Assembly (NCBI GenBank): GCA_964199315.1
Contig: OZ116699.1
Coordinates: forward strand, 5,766,001 to 5,830,000
Reading direction: 5' to 3'
Length of the DNA: 64,000 bases
Origin: Orbicella franksi
Lineage: Eukaryota
The notes beneath the pieces are model-generated. The model worked only from the letters and a program-made list of their open reading frames with translations, made no database searches and was not told where the DNA came from. Positions 39,795-53,136 of this stretch are shown here, piece after piece. The position numbers and the translations under genes are program-made. The number at the start of each line of letters is the position of its first letter. Position 1 is the stretch's first letter.

Positions 39795-42700
39795 AGGAAA
39801 AAGAAAGAAAAAAATTTGTTGCCAACATTTTGAAGGGGCACACAACACACATACGAGTCTTTGGTATAAAATAAACTCATTCTACAATGAGGAAAATTGG
39901 ACCTACGATCCTGACGCTGTTTAAACCTCCACTGTTGCTGATTTCGTATAATCGATGGTGATGGCTGCAATTTCTTTAATGGGTACTTCGCGTAAAGAAA
40001 AAAAGCCGTACAAAATAGCGGTATTTTCGGGGAAATCCCTGAGTTTAAGTCGGGGGAACGCGTCACATGACCTATTTTGACCAATCGTGTGCGAATTATA
40101 AATGTCATAAGCCAGCTACGAAGTCAACGCTCCAAGCGTATCGGCCAATACCTTCGTTTCGTTCATTTGCTTCTGTTCTAACTGCTGCATTCTTCTTTTC
40201 CTTCGCTCTGCCAGTTTGTCTTCCAGCATCTGCCGTTGGCGTAGCTTGTTCAAAGTGAGACTAGTTTGAAAAAGAACAAAAAGAATCAGGGCTCACTTCT
40301 TGAAAATTACCCTATTTTCGGATCGAGAAATTGAAGTCCACGATAAGTAATAGTAACTGGATGGAGTGGAGTACAGTTTAGGGGGCAACCCCCAAGTAAT
40401 TTCAAAATCGGGCAAGCACGCAGCCCGAGGCCGATTTGAGATTTCGAATGGGATAGTATCAAATTACAAAAAAAGTTGTACTTAGATACCTGTAATAGGA
40501 CACCTACGTGATCGAGTGCCAACTACGGGACAAAAAAGCGCGCGGAAAACAATTCAATCGATATCTTTTTGCAGAAAAAAAATAAAGACAAATTAAAGGT
40601 GGGAATTCCGAAAAATTAACGTATTATAATGAGCCAAAGAGGAACAGGAATGGTTAGGGTGGAATACAGATAAAGAGGGATTAGGAAACCTAAACTTGAA
40701 AACTTCAACCTTTGAAGGAAAGACGGAGTAAACACAAGTGATTGCAAAGAAACAGTACCTGCTTTCTAGTTCAGCAAGGTTTCTCTCGTGCTCCTGGATG
40801 ATTCTGTCTCTTTCTTCTTCCGACATGGCCACTTGGTTGACTATCAAATCTCTGTCAAGTTAAAAAAAAAAAAAAAAGAAACGAAAAAAAACTCCAAAGA
40901 TTTGACAAAGTTTGCCAATGAGCAAATACACCTATATCATCAGTTTTCCATACCGACCCTTTAAGAATATCAGCTTTTAAAACAGACTTTATTGTGGTTA
41001 AAAAAAATTGAAGCCTAACCCCACTATCTTGTCCTCCTGTTTTCTGACTTCAGCTTGCTCAGCTTGTTCCTCTTTCATTTTCTTTTCCAAGGCGGCGCGT
41101 TGTTTTTCCAATCTTTTCTAAAAAGCCAGACCAATCAAATTGTTAACAAGAATAAAAGGAACTGAGAACGGAGAGTTGACAGTTTATGAGTTGAACAAAT
41201 TAAAGGCAGTTTACGAACGACACACCTCAGAAAACGACCACTGTTCTAAAAAGAAGAGTGGTCGTTAGTTAAGTCAGGAAGAGTCTCCTTAGTTTCAGTT
41301 TCGATTGAGAATATATATCAAACAGCCAAAACCGCGTCTGACCACATTTTCAAACACCTCGAAGCTCGTCAAAAATACTTCAATGCGCATTCTATTTCCA
41401 ACTCTCTTCTCGGTGTTTGGATATGTAGTCAAGCACGGTCTTTCCTAATATATCTGTTTGATATATTACTTCAAAACTCTCGCAGTTCTGTGTTAAAATT
41501 GTCTTTCTATTGGTTGTGAATACAGTACTAGCTGTTACAAATCGTCAAATCAGAATTTAATAGCGCAGAAATTCAGCCTAAGTCACTACTTAGACCGAGC
41601 GTGGAAAAACAAATCGAGGCCGTTTCTGGGTGGTAATATAAAAACTGAATTACTTGTTCGCTGTATTATTTAACCAACTAACTTCAAGCATTTCTCTCTG
41701 CCGCCTTCGTTCCTGTTCTCTAGCGTCTTGCTGCATAGCAACATCTGCCATATGTCGCTCCAAAATGGCTTCCTTCTCAGACTCGGATAAACCTATAACC
41801 ATCGAAATAAAACAACTTCAGTCGAACCCGTATGTAACGGCCCAGTATTAACCGGCCACCCACTATTATACGGCCAATTTCTTAAGTGTCGAGGGTGCCC
41901 GTTATAATACAGGTCAGACTGTATATATCAGCGCGTCTACATTTGAAACAGCGTTTAACAACAAGCGAGTTCAGCTAAAGAAATAACGCTACAATAATGC
42001 CCTTTCGACTGTTAGATCTACAGTCTTCGACGGGTAAAATCTTTACCCGTCGAAGACTGTAGATCTAACAGTCGAAGCTCGTATATCTATAAACATTTTT
42101 AGCCAGAGATCGTTTTTAAAATTTGTATTAAAAACCATTATGGTTACCTTTGTTCACTAGCTCTTGATACATTTTCTGGACATTGTTTTTAATCATCTGG
42201 TTCCCCTCGCGCAACTGTTGATCTCTGAGAGTTTCAACTTCCTCGGCAGCCTACGGGAGAATTGAATTATTTTATTTTGTTCACATCTACTAATAAGAGT
42301 GCGACTTCCAACAATCAGAGTCAGACAATAACTTGTCCTCATTATTAGTTATAAGCGCCTACAATCCAAGGAATTCGTAATTTACTTCGAATTTGTTCAG
42401 TGAATGCTGATGGTGAAAAACCAAAAGACATTTCGAGGTTAAATTTATGATTCTTGTCTGTTGTTTCATTCTTGTACTGTTTTTCATTATCCGTTCTTCT
42501 CTAAAAAGCAATCTAATTTTTCTCCTTCATTTCAAAGTCTCTTCCTGAGCTTTCAGAGTTGCATACATTTATCGTGACTAAATAAGAAACACATTCTGGT
42601 CCTTGCCCTATATTCGTCTGTGACATCTCCGGGGCAGAAACGATACGCAAACGTTACTGATCAAAGCTCACCTCTCTGTCTGAATTCCTTTCTATTTCTT

Positions 42701-45700
42701 CGATTTCTTGCCGCTGTTTTTGCAACATTTTCTGCTTTTCACTTATCGCGGCCACAGTGTCTAAAGGGAAACAGAGTATCTGACAGGTCTCAAACAACAC
42801 ATTACATTTATAAGAACAAACTTATATTCAGTTATGTTTCGTTATTCATTTATTTATTCTCATTCTGCGACAAGAGAAACTAAGAGTAGTAGAGTAACTA
42901 AGTCGTTGCTATCGAGAGACCGTACCTTTCTCGTTGTGAAATTGCTTCAAAATTCAGTGATGATCAAGTTTTGGTGGCGAAGATTTTATAATACTATCGT
43001 TTACGCAAGAGATGATAATTAAAAGGTCGGTAGGCTCTCATAAGTAAAAGGTTCTCCCTTGCAAGAGTTCCGTAACATGGTAAACGACTTGATGCGTTAC
43101 TATCCGAATTCTGATGATCATGTTAAGAAAACATTATTCAGCATTCACATAGAGCGATTTGAAATTGATTGTCGAAAGTAATCAGGCAATTACTTTGGTT
43201 TTGGTTTTGGTTTTGGTTTTACTACGGTTTGAGAATTGCGCAAGTAGTCTGATATTGGTAAGCTGCCCCTACGTCTCCGAGGATGGGAAGTAACTGGTTT
43301 GGTTTTGATTTTACGACACTCAGTTGAAAACCGCTCTAAAAACAAAACAAACACACAAACAAACGATGAAAGCAAGGGAAGGAAAAAGTGGAAGTTGTGG
43401 AAAACAAACGGTAATGGTGACAGACTGAGAATGTAGATGTACCTCCAACGAGAAGTTCCTGCTTACCGATTTCTACTTGTTCAAATTTCTCATCTTGTTG
43501 ATCTTCAAACTCCTTCATCTGCCGTTGATGCTCGCGCGCCTGAAAACCAGTTAAACTAGTTTAGCGAGATAACAGGAGAAGCTATGAACACAACTTAAGA
43601 AAATCTTGCTTTGGCAGAAAAAAGATGGTTAGCAAAATTAGTCAGACCAAAGTAAGTTTTGAGCACTCTTCGACCTTGGAAAAAATCCCGCCGTTTTACA
43701 CCTTAAAATTGGGAATTGTTAATTCTTGTGCGAATGTAAGATATAGTACCTTTTCCTCGATTCTCTTTTGCTTCAGTGCCGTCAGTTTCTGGTGTAATTT
43801 CTGTTCCTGTCGCTTTCTGTCCTTTGCAAGCTTATTATCCACCACTTCCACTTCTTTCCTGAAGCGTTCAAGGTAGACGGCGGCATCTTCGGAGTTAAGA
43901 TTGGATGATCTAAAGATGCACAGTGATAAAACAGAATTTTACGACTCAAAAGATGTACATGTAACAGGAAATAGCTGTGGCATTAACCAACCACAAAAAA
44001 AGCTATTTACATTAAGAGCATTCTCAGCTTCTACTGCGCCTGCGCTTAGAAACCGTGAACACTCAAACAGAAGGAACAGCATTACAAGAGGAGCACAACA
44101 TTACCGAACAAGATTCTCTAGTGCTTCAGCCTGGTTTTCTTCAAGCTTTCCCAAATCTTTCTTCTTGCGTTCTTCTTCCTCTTGCTATTAAAGAAGTACC
44201 ACAAGAAACAACAAATTAACGATTACTAAATAAATTAATAAATTAATTATTTATATGACTGAGATAATTACTCCATTTTTACCCCATTTCTACTCCTGGG
44301 TGGAGAAGGGCACTGCGAGAGTTAAATGTCTTGCCCAAGAACACAACACAATGTTCCCGAGAAGGGCTCGAACCCGGACCGCTCGATTCGGAGGCGAGCG
44401 CACTAACCATGAGGCCACCGTGCCACCACAACAATGCAATGAGACAATCATAATTAAAAGCGGATTCATATAGCGGCAACTCACTTTCTGTCTCGCCAAA
44501 GCCCGTCTCTCCGCTAGTCTCATCTCTAGCGCCATAACACGTCTAGTTCGTTCCTCGTCCGTCGCCTTGTCAATGGCGGCCATGTTGGATAGGTGATTCT
44601 TCATGATGGCGCTCGCTTGTTCCTCATTCAATTTGGAGTCCTTGATCAAGTCCTGTATCAGTTTGTTCTGAGACTCTTTCAAAGCAAAACGCTTGCTGAT
44701 TGATACTTCCTATAACGAGAAAGAAAATTAAGCAAACGTCAGAATCAATGGCATAATATAATGTAACCCTTTTTCCTTCTCACTCAAGTACTGTAGCTGT
44801 AACTTTCAAGGCTGTACAAGGTGGTTCTAACTTTTACGTCTGCAGATGAAACCCTACTGTGTGACCATTCAAATGAAAGCTATCCAGCTGTACTTGCACG
44901 TGGTACTGTAGATGAAACACTAGTGCGTGACCATTCCAATAAAAGCTATTGACAAACACTTTTGTGATGTTTGTTATGTTGTGCAAGGTACTTCCATGTT
45001 CTAACTGTTAGAGACATTGTAGTTTGCGACCAGTGTGTGAGACAAGTGACCATTTAAATGCAAGGTACTGAGCAGTACTTTCATGTGGTACTGTTTTTTA
45101 TGCGGTACAAGGTGGTTTTAACTTTTAAGTTTGTAGATAAAAACGGACTGTGTGACCATTCAAATGAGAGCTATTGGACAGTACTTTTATGTGTTACTGT
45201 TTATTATACTGCATAAGGGCCAAGGTGGTTCTAACTTTCAAATCTGTGGATAAAACCCTAATGTGTGACCATTCAAATGAGAGGTTATATTGAGTATTAT
45301 TTTCATGTGGTACTATTGTACTGTCCAAGGTGAATCTAAATTTCCAATTTCTGGATGAAACCCTAGTGTAACCATTCCAATAAAAGCGATTAAGCAGTAC
45401 TTTCATGTGGTACTGTTAATTATACTGCACAAGGTGGTTCTAGCTTTTGCGTCTGTAGATGAAAGCGTAGTGTGTGACCATTCAAATGAAAGCTACTGAG
45501 CAGTACTTTCATGTGGTGCTGTTTATTGTACTGCACAAGGTGGTTCTAACGTTTTAGTCTGTAGATGAATCCCTGGTGTGTGACCATTCAAATGAAAGCT
45601 ATTGAGCAGTAGTTGTGGTGCTGTTTATTGTACTCTTCAAGGTGGTTCTAACTTTTGAGAATGTACATGAAAGCATAGCATGTGACCATTCAATTGAAAG

Positions 45701-48700
45701 CTACTGAGCAGTACTTTCATCTAGTACTGTTTAGTGCATTGTTCAGGTGTTTAACCACTCGAATGAAAGTCATTGCACAGCACTTTCACATGGCGCTGTT
45801 CACTTTTCTTCGTTATTGTTCCTTTCTTGTCTCTCTTTGGTTTCTTTTACCTTTCTAAGCTTTTCCATCTCCACATGTTGTTCCAGTTTTAAATTCTGTT
45901 TCAGTTCCTGTTCTTGAGCGTCTTGCCTCCTCTTCAGGAGCTCTAGAATGTTTTTCTTCTCCCGCTGAAATTAAAGTAATCCACTCTTAGACCTGAGAAT
46001 CCCATTCAAATGTGTTAGGCTTTTTTATTTCTTTCCAATCTCTTTACTTGTTGTCATACTTTTCGTGCAATATTGCTTATGAGAACTTCGTCGTGCATCA
46101 AGGAAATATACTCTTGCCTCGCATCGACAAAAGAGACATGTTATCTTATACACAACATGTATTAAAAAGAAACTCTAAATAATTGTTACAGTCGTTGATG
46201 CAAACGAGGCTGAATGTTCTTTAGTTCTTTAGTTTATTCTGTTTTTGTATCGTCTTTTGCTCCTTCCATTCCTTTTCTTTGTTCGTCCCAGCTTTCCTTC
46301 GTTTGGCAAACAGACACTCTAATAAAGCAATTTATTCGCCTTTAGCGTTCTTCCTGGTTCATTCGCTCCGTCATTTATCCTTTCAACCTTTGCTTCCACC
46401 CTTTTTTTTTATTATTATTTGCTCTTTTTGTGAACTGACAGTCGAGAAAAGTGATTCCCTTGATAATCTTCCTTCCCTTCTTTCTTTCCTTCGTTCTTTG
46501 GTTCCATTCGTTCATTCGTTCGTTTATTTGTTCCCTTGTTTCTTTCTTCATTAACTGTAGGGCATTTTGATAGGGGTAGGGGCAAGGCAAAAGAGAGGTT
46601 AGCCCGTATCTCAATCCAAGGAAAAATTTGTTCAAAACTTGTGTAAAGGCTTACAAAACAGTAACTACAGACAACATATAATTTCACCTCATTTACAAGC
46701 CCTTTAATTTTGTTTTCTGTTTCCTCTCTCTCTTTTCTTTGTTCTCTATGCAAGGCATCCAAACGACTCTACAAAAATAACCACAAACTGCAGTGAGGAA
46801 CTAACAGGAGGCACGCTGATCAAAGTATCAAAGTAGTCATGACAAAAGTAACGCTCCGTCACTCGCTACCTACCTTTCCTTCCTTTTGCAATCTGTTCCT
46901 CAGTTCAGCGGATTTCCGTTTATATTCCGCCGCCATCTTAAACGCCACAGCGCCGATTGCTTGCTTGATTTCCAAGCCAAACTGGAGAAAAATTGAATCT
47001 CAGGAACACTGAGTGAGTTCTTAGCTGTTTTGAAGTGAAGATTGTTTTCACTCAAGCGTAAAAGTGAGGGGTTTTGCTTCCCATTTTTCTCATGGAACAT
47101 TTTCAAGAGCACGTTGACATGTCTCGCTATCCTTCTACCGTAAAACCTCGTTTTTATTTGTGTGCTTTTAATAAAGTGTGCTTATCCTGAATACGTTTCT
47201 CATCTGGTACGGTGTTAACACTTCAAAACACAGGCTCTACTGAGCGAATGTAGTATGGGCACACGTCGTTCTCTTTTTTCTACACGCACGCGCATGTCGC
47301 ACTGGCTTTGCTACACACGCGCGCATGTTGCACTGTCTTTACTACGTGCGCGCGCATGTTGCACTGTCTTTGCTACACGCGCGTGCATATTGCACTGTCT
47401 TTGCTACACGCGCGCGCATGTTGCACTGTCTTTACTACACGCGCGCGCAGGTTGCACTGTCCTCTCTACACGCGGGCGCATGTTGGACTGTCTTTGCTAC
47501 ACGCGCACGCATGTTGCACTACCTTTGCTACACGAGCGCGCATATTGCACTGTCCTCACTACACGCATGTGCATGTTGTTCTTTCAAGCTAAATCCCGCG
47601 CTGTGACTTCTAGATGTCTTTCACTAATTTGCGACTTTAAAAACTCCCACGTTAGTCACCTTCCCATTTTTCTGCGCTGGGTATAAGCCAAAAAAGTAAA
47701 AATGCTTGCATTATTCATGCCTAAATATCCTATCCCTTGGTGTACGAACTTACTTTGTTTTCTTGTTCAGAGGATATTTCCCTCTTTACACGCAGTTTCC
47801 TAGCCAACAATTTGAGTGCTTTGATGAACATGTTCTGTCTCTGAGTTTCTAAGTCAACATCCAGGGCGACAGTGGATTGCACATCAAGGCTGCGGACGAA
47901 AATACCAAAACAACAATGCCTCAACAACTGAACACATTTCTTCAATTATCCTCTTAGCCCTTTTGTATTTGGTACATCAGGAGAATTACATTTTTAATGA
48001 CTCTTAAGGTGGCTCTCCATAGTGTTACGATCGATCTTGCGCTGAGGACGAAAGCTTAAAATAAGTAATCTGCGTGCTCAAAGAAAAACGTCAGTGTTTT
48101 TCTTTCACCTGCACAAACCCTTCCTTTTTCGGTGTTTAAAATTCGTATCCTACCGGATTCGACATCATGTGACAAAATTGGGAACATTTCACCGAACAAA
48201 ATTCAAGATCAGAAATAACGCCTGATAAACGGTACAAAAACGCACGCTTGGGTACTTATAATTCAATACTAAAAGCCAAGATTTTAACAGAGATGATAGG
48301 AAAACACTATTTTATCACTACCTGTTGCATTCAATAAGTTTAAGAGGACTGGGTGTAAAAACAAAGGCAACAACAGTATTCAAAACATGACGTTTGCGCG
48401 CGCAACGCCATAAATGATTACTCTATGGAGCCACCTTAAAAAAGACAATTCACGGAATTCTGTATCATAAAAAAAGGAAAAAAACTACACAGCTATTTAT
48501 CACTTCGAAGCTGCTAAAGGTAAATTTATAACCGCCATAGTACGTTTGCGTTCCTGAAGTTTCTAGTGTTAGCCTTCCGTAGTACCAGTGTAAACCTCTA
48601 TATCATGCGATAAAAAGATGGCAAAAATTTTCTTCTCAAGAAGAAAATTTTAAGCGGGCGTATACTGGACTAAAGAAACATGAAAAAGGCGTCAAATGGG

Positions 48701-51700
48701 AGAGTTGTGAAGCATCAAAACGAGCTGGGAGTCTCGACTTAATTGTCCATTGCACACAAATTTGTTTTCAAGAGGTGGCAAGTCAGTGACAGTATAAATC
48801 GTTTTGTGTTTGTGACAACCACCGTCTTAAAGGATAACCGTAGATAAATGAAATCATCTCCATCTCTTTCCAGTTTTCTCATTCTTTGGTACTGAAACAG
48901 GTTTTACTGACAACAGCCGGTCATGCATACAAGTGAACAACGCGTTGCGATTCATTACCTATTTAACTCTTTCTCTGTTTGAGAGGCGTTGTCCAGTGAC
49001 AGAATAGGAACAATGCTTTCGTCTGTTTGAACAATGCTGTAAAAAAAAAAAAAAGATTTGAATCATCTCTTGAAATCTATAGAATCGTCGTGTACAAAGT
49101 TGCACAGTTAAAGCAGTTATGTCTTCAAGATTTTTTGTTTCTCGCACGTGAAAATTCAAACCTAACCAACAATTGTTCTCGAGACATAACACGGATTTCT
49201 GCAGAGTTAAGCTGTAACCATAGCATTTTTCGATCCAATCTCAAACATCTCTGGAACAAAGGATAAACTCAGGTCAAAAAGAAAGAGGACTGTTTTCTTA
49301 GGTCTTGTCCACACTACTCCGGATAAAATTGTAAACGGTGTTTTCACTCTGAAAACGCATCAGATGTTTTCCGTCCACACTAAGCCGGAGAAATTTGAAA
49401 ACGCAAAGATGTGGAGATGAGCTTGAGAAAAACTCTGGCAGAGAAATCGTATAATTATCATAATGTCATCGATTTCGAAAAGCTTCGTTTTCAAAATGTT
49501 TTCTGTCCACACTAGAACACAAAGGCGGCGCTTTCAAATTCCTCCGGTTTTAAGAGCGTTTTCGGAAAGCTCCGATTTCGGTCTGGGTTAGTGTGGACGC
49601 TAGGCCTAACCGTAGAAATAGAGCTGCGTTTTCAAATTCCTCCGGCATAGTGTGGACGGGTCCTAGAGTTATCATGTTCCTTAAACTCTCCAAAGCTTAC
49701 GTAGTCTCTTTGTGAGTTTCTACAGGTTTGCTGTCGGGCAGCTCGTCTCCGTGGTAAATGTACTGTGACCCTCCAGTCAGGACTGTCATGGTAGTGGTGT
49801 TAGTGAAGCGCTAAAAGAAGAGGAACAGAGAACATGAAGCACGGACCTTATGTCTCTTGGAAAGTGTCTCGCCCTAGCCTGCAGCGAAAATTACCCTTAA
49901 ACAGTTTTGTTGTTGTTGTTTGTTTAGGTTTTTGTAACGTATGTTTCTTTGTTTGTTCGTTTTTTTTTTTTGTTTTTTGTTTTGTTTTTTCTTGGCTTCC
50001 GCATCTAGATCAGTACAAGAGCGCATCTTGAAAAAGATCTCTATTGTTTAAAGATTGTCGTTCGCAATCTATGTCAATCTTACGGAGCCGTAATTATCCT
50101 TGTTTAGAGTACCAGTTGGTATAACTAAACAAGTTTAGTTTGTGTTGAGCGGGATACTTAAATAATCACATCGTAAAACAAGAGAGAGGCATTCCAGCTT
50201 AAGTGCAGAGCACAACAGCTCGTTAGCTCCTCGTTCTGCCATGTGACTGGTTGTCATTGTGTAAGTAGTCCCTAGTCCCAGGCCTTACCGTGTAGTAGGG
50301 AGCCACCTTGCCTTTGTCGCAACACTTAAGGACTAGTAACACCAAGATGGCGGCGATCACGGCACCGACCAGCAAGCCAAGAAGAACACCAAGAGCAAAG
50401 AAACCAAACACTTTACGGCGCTGGAAGAAAAAAGGAAACGTTGGCGCTCGTTTAACGTAAATACCGAAAAGAGATTCGAATTAGCGCCCTCCCTGCAATA
50501 AGTGCCCCCTTTCTATAAGAGGAAGAGGTGCGGTAGCCTCATAGTTAGTGCGCTCGTCTCCCGATCGAGCGGTCCGGGTTCGAGCCCTGACCGGGGACAT
50601 TGTGTTGTGCTCTTGGGCAAGACACTTTACTCTCACAGTGCCTCTCTTCAACCAGGTGTATAAATGGGTACCGGCGAACTTAATGCTGGGGGTAACTCTG
50701 CGATAGACTAGCATCCCATCCAGGGGGGAATAAAAATATTTCTAGTCGCTTCATGCTACAGAAAGCATAAGCGCCCCCTCCAAAAAAGCGCTCCTACAAG
50801 GAACAGGACCTTGACATAGAATATATACTGGTTGCACGAATGAACTATGAAGTCTGCTTTGTCAACTGATTGTAATATTGAGCACCCTGACTATCAGAGC
50901 CCCTATTCTTACAGTTCTTGAATAAAGGTACCTATTGCTTTTTTTTCTTTTTTCTTTTTTTTCTTTTTAATTGAAATACTGTACCACTTTCAGATGTTTA
51001 TGTCCAAAAAGAAATACACGCTCTGTCCCTAATACCCCCCCCCCCCTCCCCCTCCCCCGACCTCCCCTCTCCAATAGACGTCCTCCCTGGGCTATCAAAA
51101 GTAAATCAGCACCCCGGGCGCTCAATGGAATCATTACGGTATTTATTAAATGGGTAAATAATAAAACAATTCTGGATTCACGTTTTGATACCCAGAATAG
51201 TCAAGCCCGAGGTCGTAACACGACTGTAACGCAAAAACAGAATCTATCAACTATTTAACTACAACATTGCTGTAAATAAGGTACGAGGGTAACTTACATT
51301 CAGTTGTGAGTGAAATCAGTATCTCTTTTTATGGTCAGCTTTTCCCGTTTGCATTACAATCTAATTCAATGTGGATGCGAGGAAATTTTTGGACAGTTTT
51401 GTAGTCTTGTCCAAAATTGCCTCGCATCAATGTTGGATTATACTGTAATGCTGATGAGAAAAGTTAACCAGGAAAAGGCTATTAAGTCTGAAGACTGAGG
51501 TCCCGTACACACTACGCCGAAAGAATTTGAAAACGCAGTTTTATTTCTACGGTTAGGCCTACCGTCCACACTAACCCCTCAAGCAAACGGAGCTTTTCGA
51601 AAATGCTCTTCAAACCGGAGCAATCTGAAAACGCCGGCATTTTGTTTCCGTGTGGACAGAAAACATTTTGAAAACGGAGCTTTTAGTAAACGGTGTAGTC

Positions 51701-53091
51701 ACGATAATCACGTGATTTCCCTGACCGAGTTTTCCTCAAACACAAATCCAAAATGACCGGTGATTGTTGCGTTTTTGAATTCCTCCGACGAAGTGTGAAC
51801 AGGGCCTGAGTGACGACTTTTTTCTTTGTTAAACCTTTCCTCGTTCACTTAGTTGATCGTTTTCGCCCTTACCTCTGGTTCATTTACATCATTTCTTTGG
51901 AGGCAACCAGTGCTGGTATCACTTGACAATCTGTATGTTAGGCTGTTTAGCTGTCAAATAAAAAGCAATTTATTACACGACTGCGACGTGATAAACGCAG
52001 ACAGATGCTTACCTTTCGCGCACGCACGCGTTTTCCAAGAATAATTCACGGAGACGCAACAGTTTATCAACAGATTAAAAAGAACCATTATGATAAATAC
52101 TTTACTGAACTAGCTTGTTCGGTCCGTATTGGAGAATATTTTTTGTAAGTTTATGGACCTAGCCTGCGGCTTGGCCCATAAACCTGCCAAAAAAAAAAGA
52201 ACTCTACCAATACTTCACGAATTTGGACCTTTCTTTAGTTCAATAACATAGATGTAAACAATTATTACAGCACTGAGCAGTTTTTCATTCGTGCCAAACG
52301 TTGTGTGATCTAGAACACGATTGAGAAAATCTGGCGGACTTATATGTTATTCACATAAAACTATCACATCGATTTTCTCTCTTTATTTCAGTCGCTTGTT
52401 TGCGTCCTTTTGTTTCTTTTCTTGTTTGTTTGTTGTTGTTGTTGTTGTTATTTTGCAACAGCTGTGTTAAAATTGTTACTAATGCCTTGAAAAAACCAAG
52501 ATGAAGTTGTTAGGTAGATTTGGAAGGGATAGCGGCTTTTAGTTATTAGTTCTAAGTGCTTTATTCCTAAGACACAACGACAGAATTTGTATATGTTTGC
52601 CACGTATTTTCAGTTTGAGATCAAACTCGTGACTCGCTTGCACATGTTTTCCCGCGCGTTGCGTCACCTACATGTATTTGCTTCTAGTTTTGAATGGTTT
52701 ACTGGATTTTCTGCGCCTTTTGTGATTAGTCAGAGAGAGTATTTGGAATTTGGTTCCATGACACTCAGTTGAAAGTCACTCTATCTGGAGTGTTTTACCT
52801 GCACGCTCTTCCACGAAACTTCAGCAGGAACGCGCAACGTTGCTGGCTCCTGGAAGAAAAAATATATTATTATATAAATTTTACGCGTGCCTCCATTTTA
52901 CAAGGCATACAAAAATGTAACTGGCGAACCCAAATGACCTACAAGTGAAGAGTTCTTGATTTACACCTAACTGATTAAACATTATTACGAAAATATTTCG
53001 TAATAGAATTAGCTAAGCCACAAGTTTTCTTCTATATGTTCTTTTTGTTCCTATCTTTGGCCATTTTAGTTTGCTTGTCTATCTGCCTGCC

Positions 53092-53136
<45 letters not shown>

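Noticed and set aside
47255-47686. Cys/His-rich ORFs of 93-143 aa resembling metal-binding repeats
   Set aside because: They are three-frame translations of the 31-bp minisatellite within an intron.
51181-51222. Candidate 42-nt exon SCYDLGLDYSGYQN before the TM exon
   Set aside because: Phase-compatible with a good acceptor but a weak donor; not needed, and left out pending cDNA evidence.
52013-52070. Possible extra EVC2-like exon ending at AAAG|GTAAGC
   Set aside because: No usable AG acceptor in an open frame, and the model phases without it; could be an alternative first exon but is unsupported.
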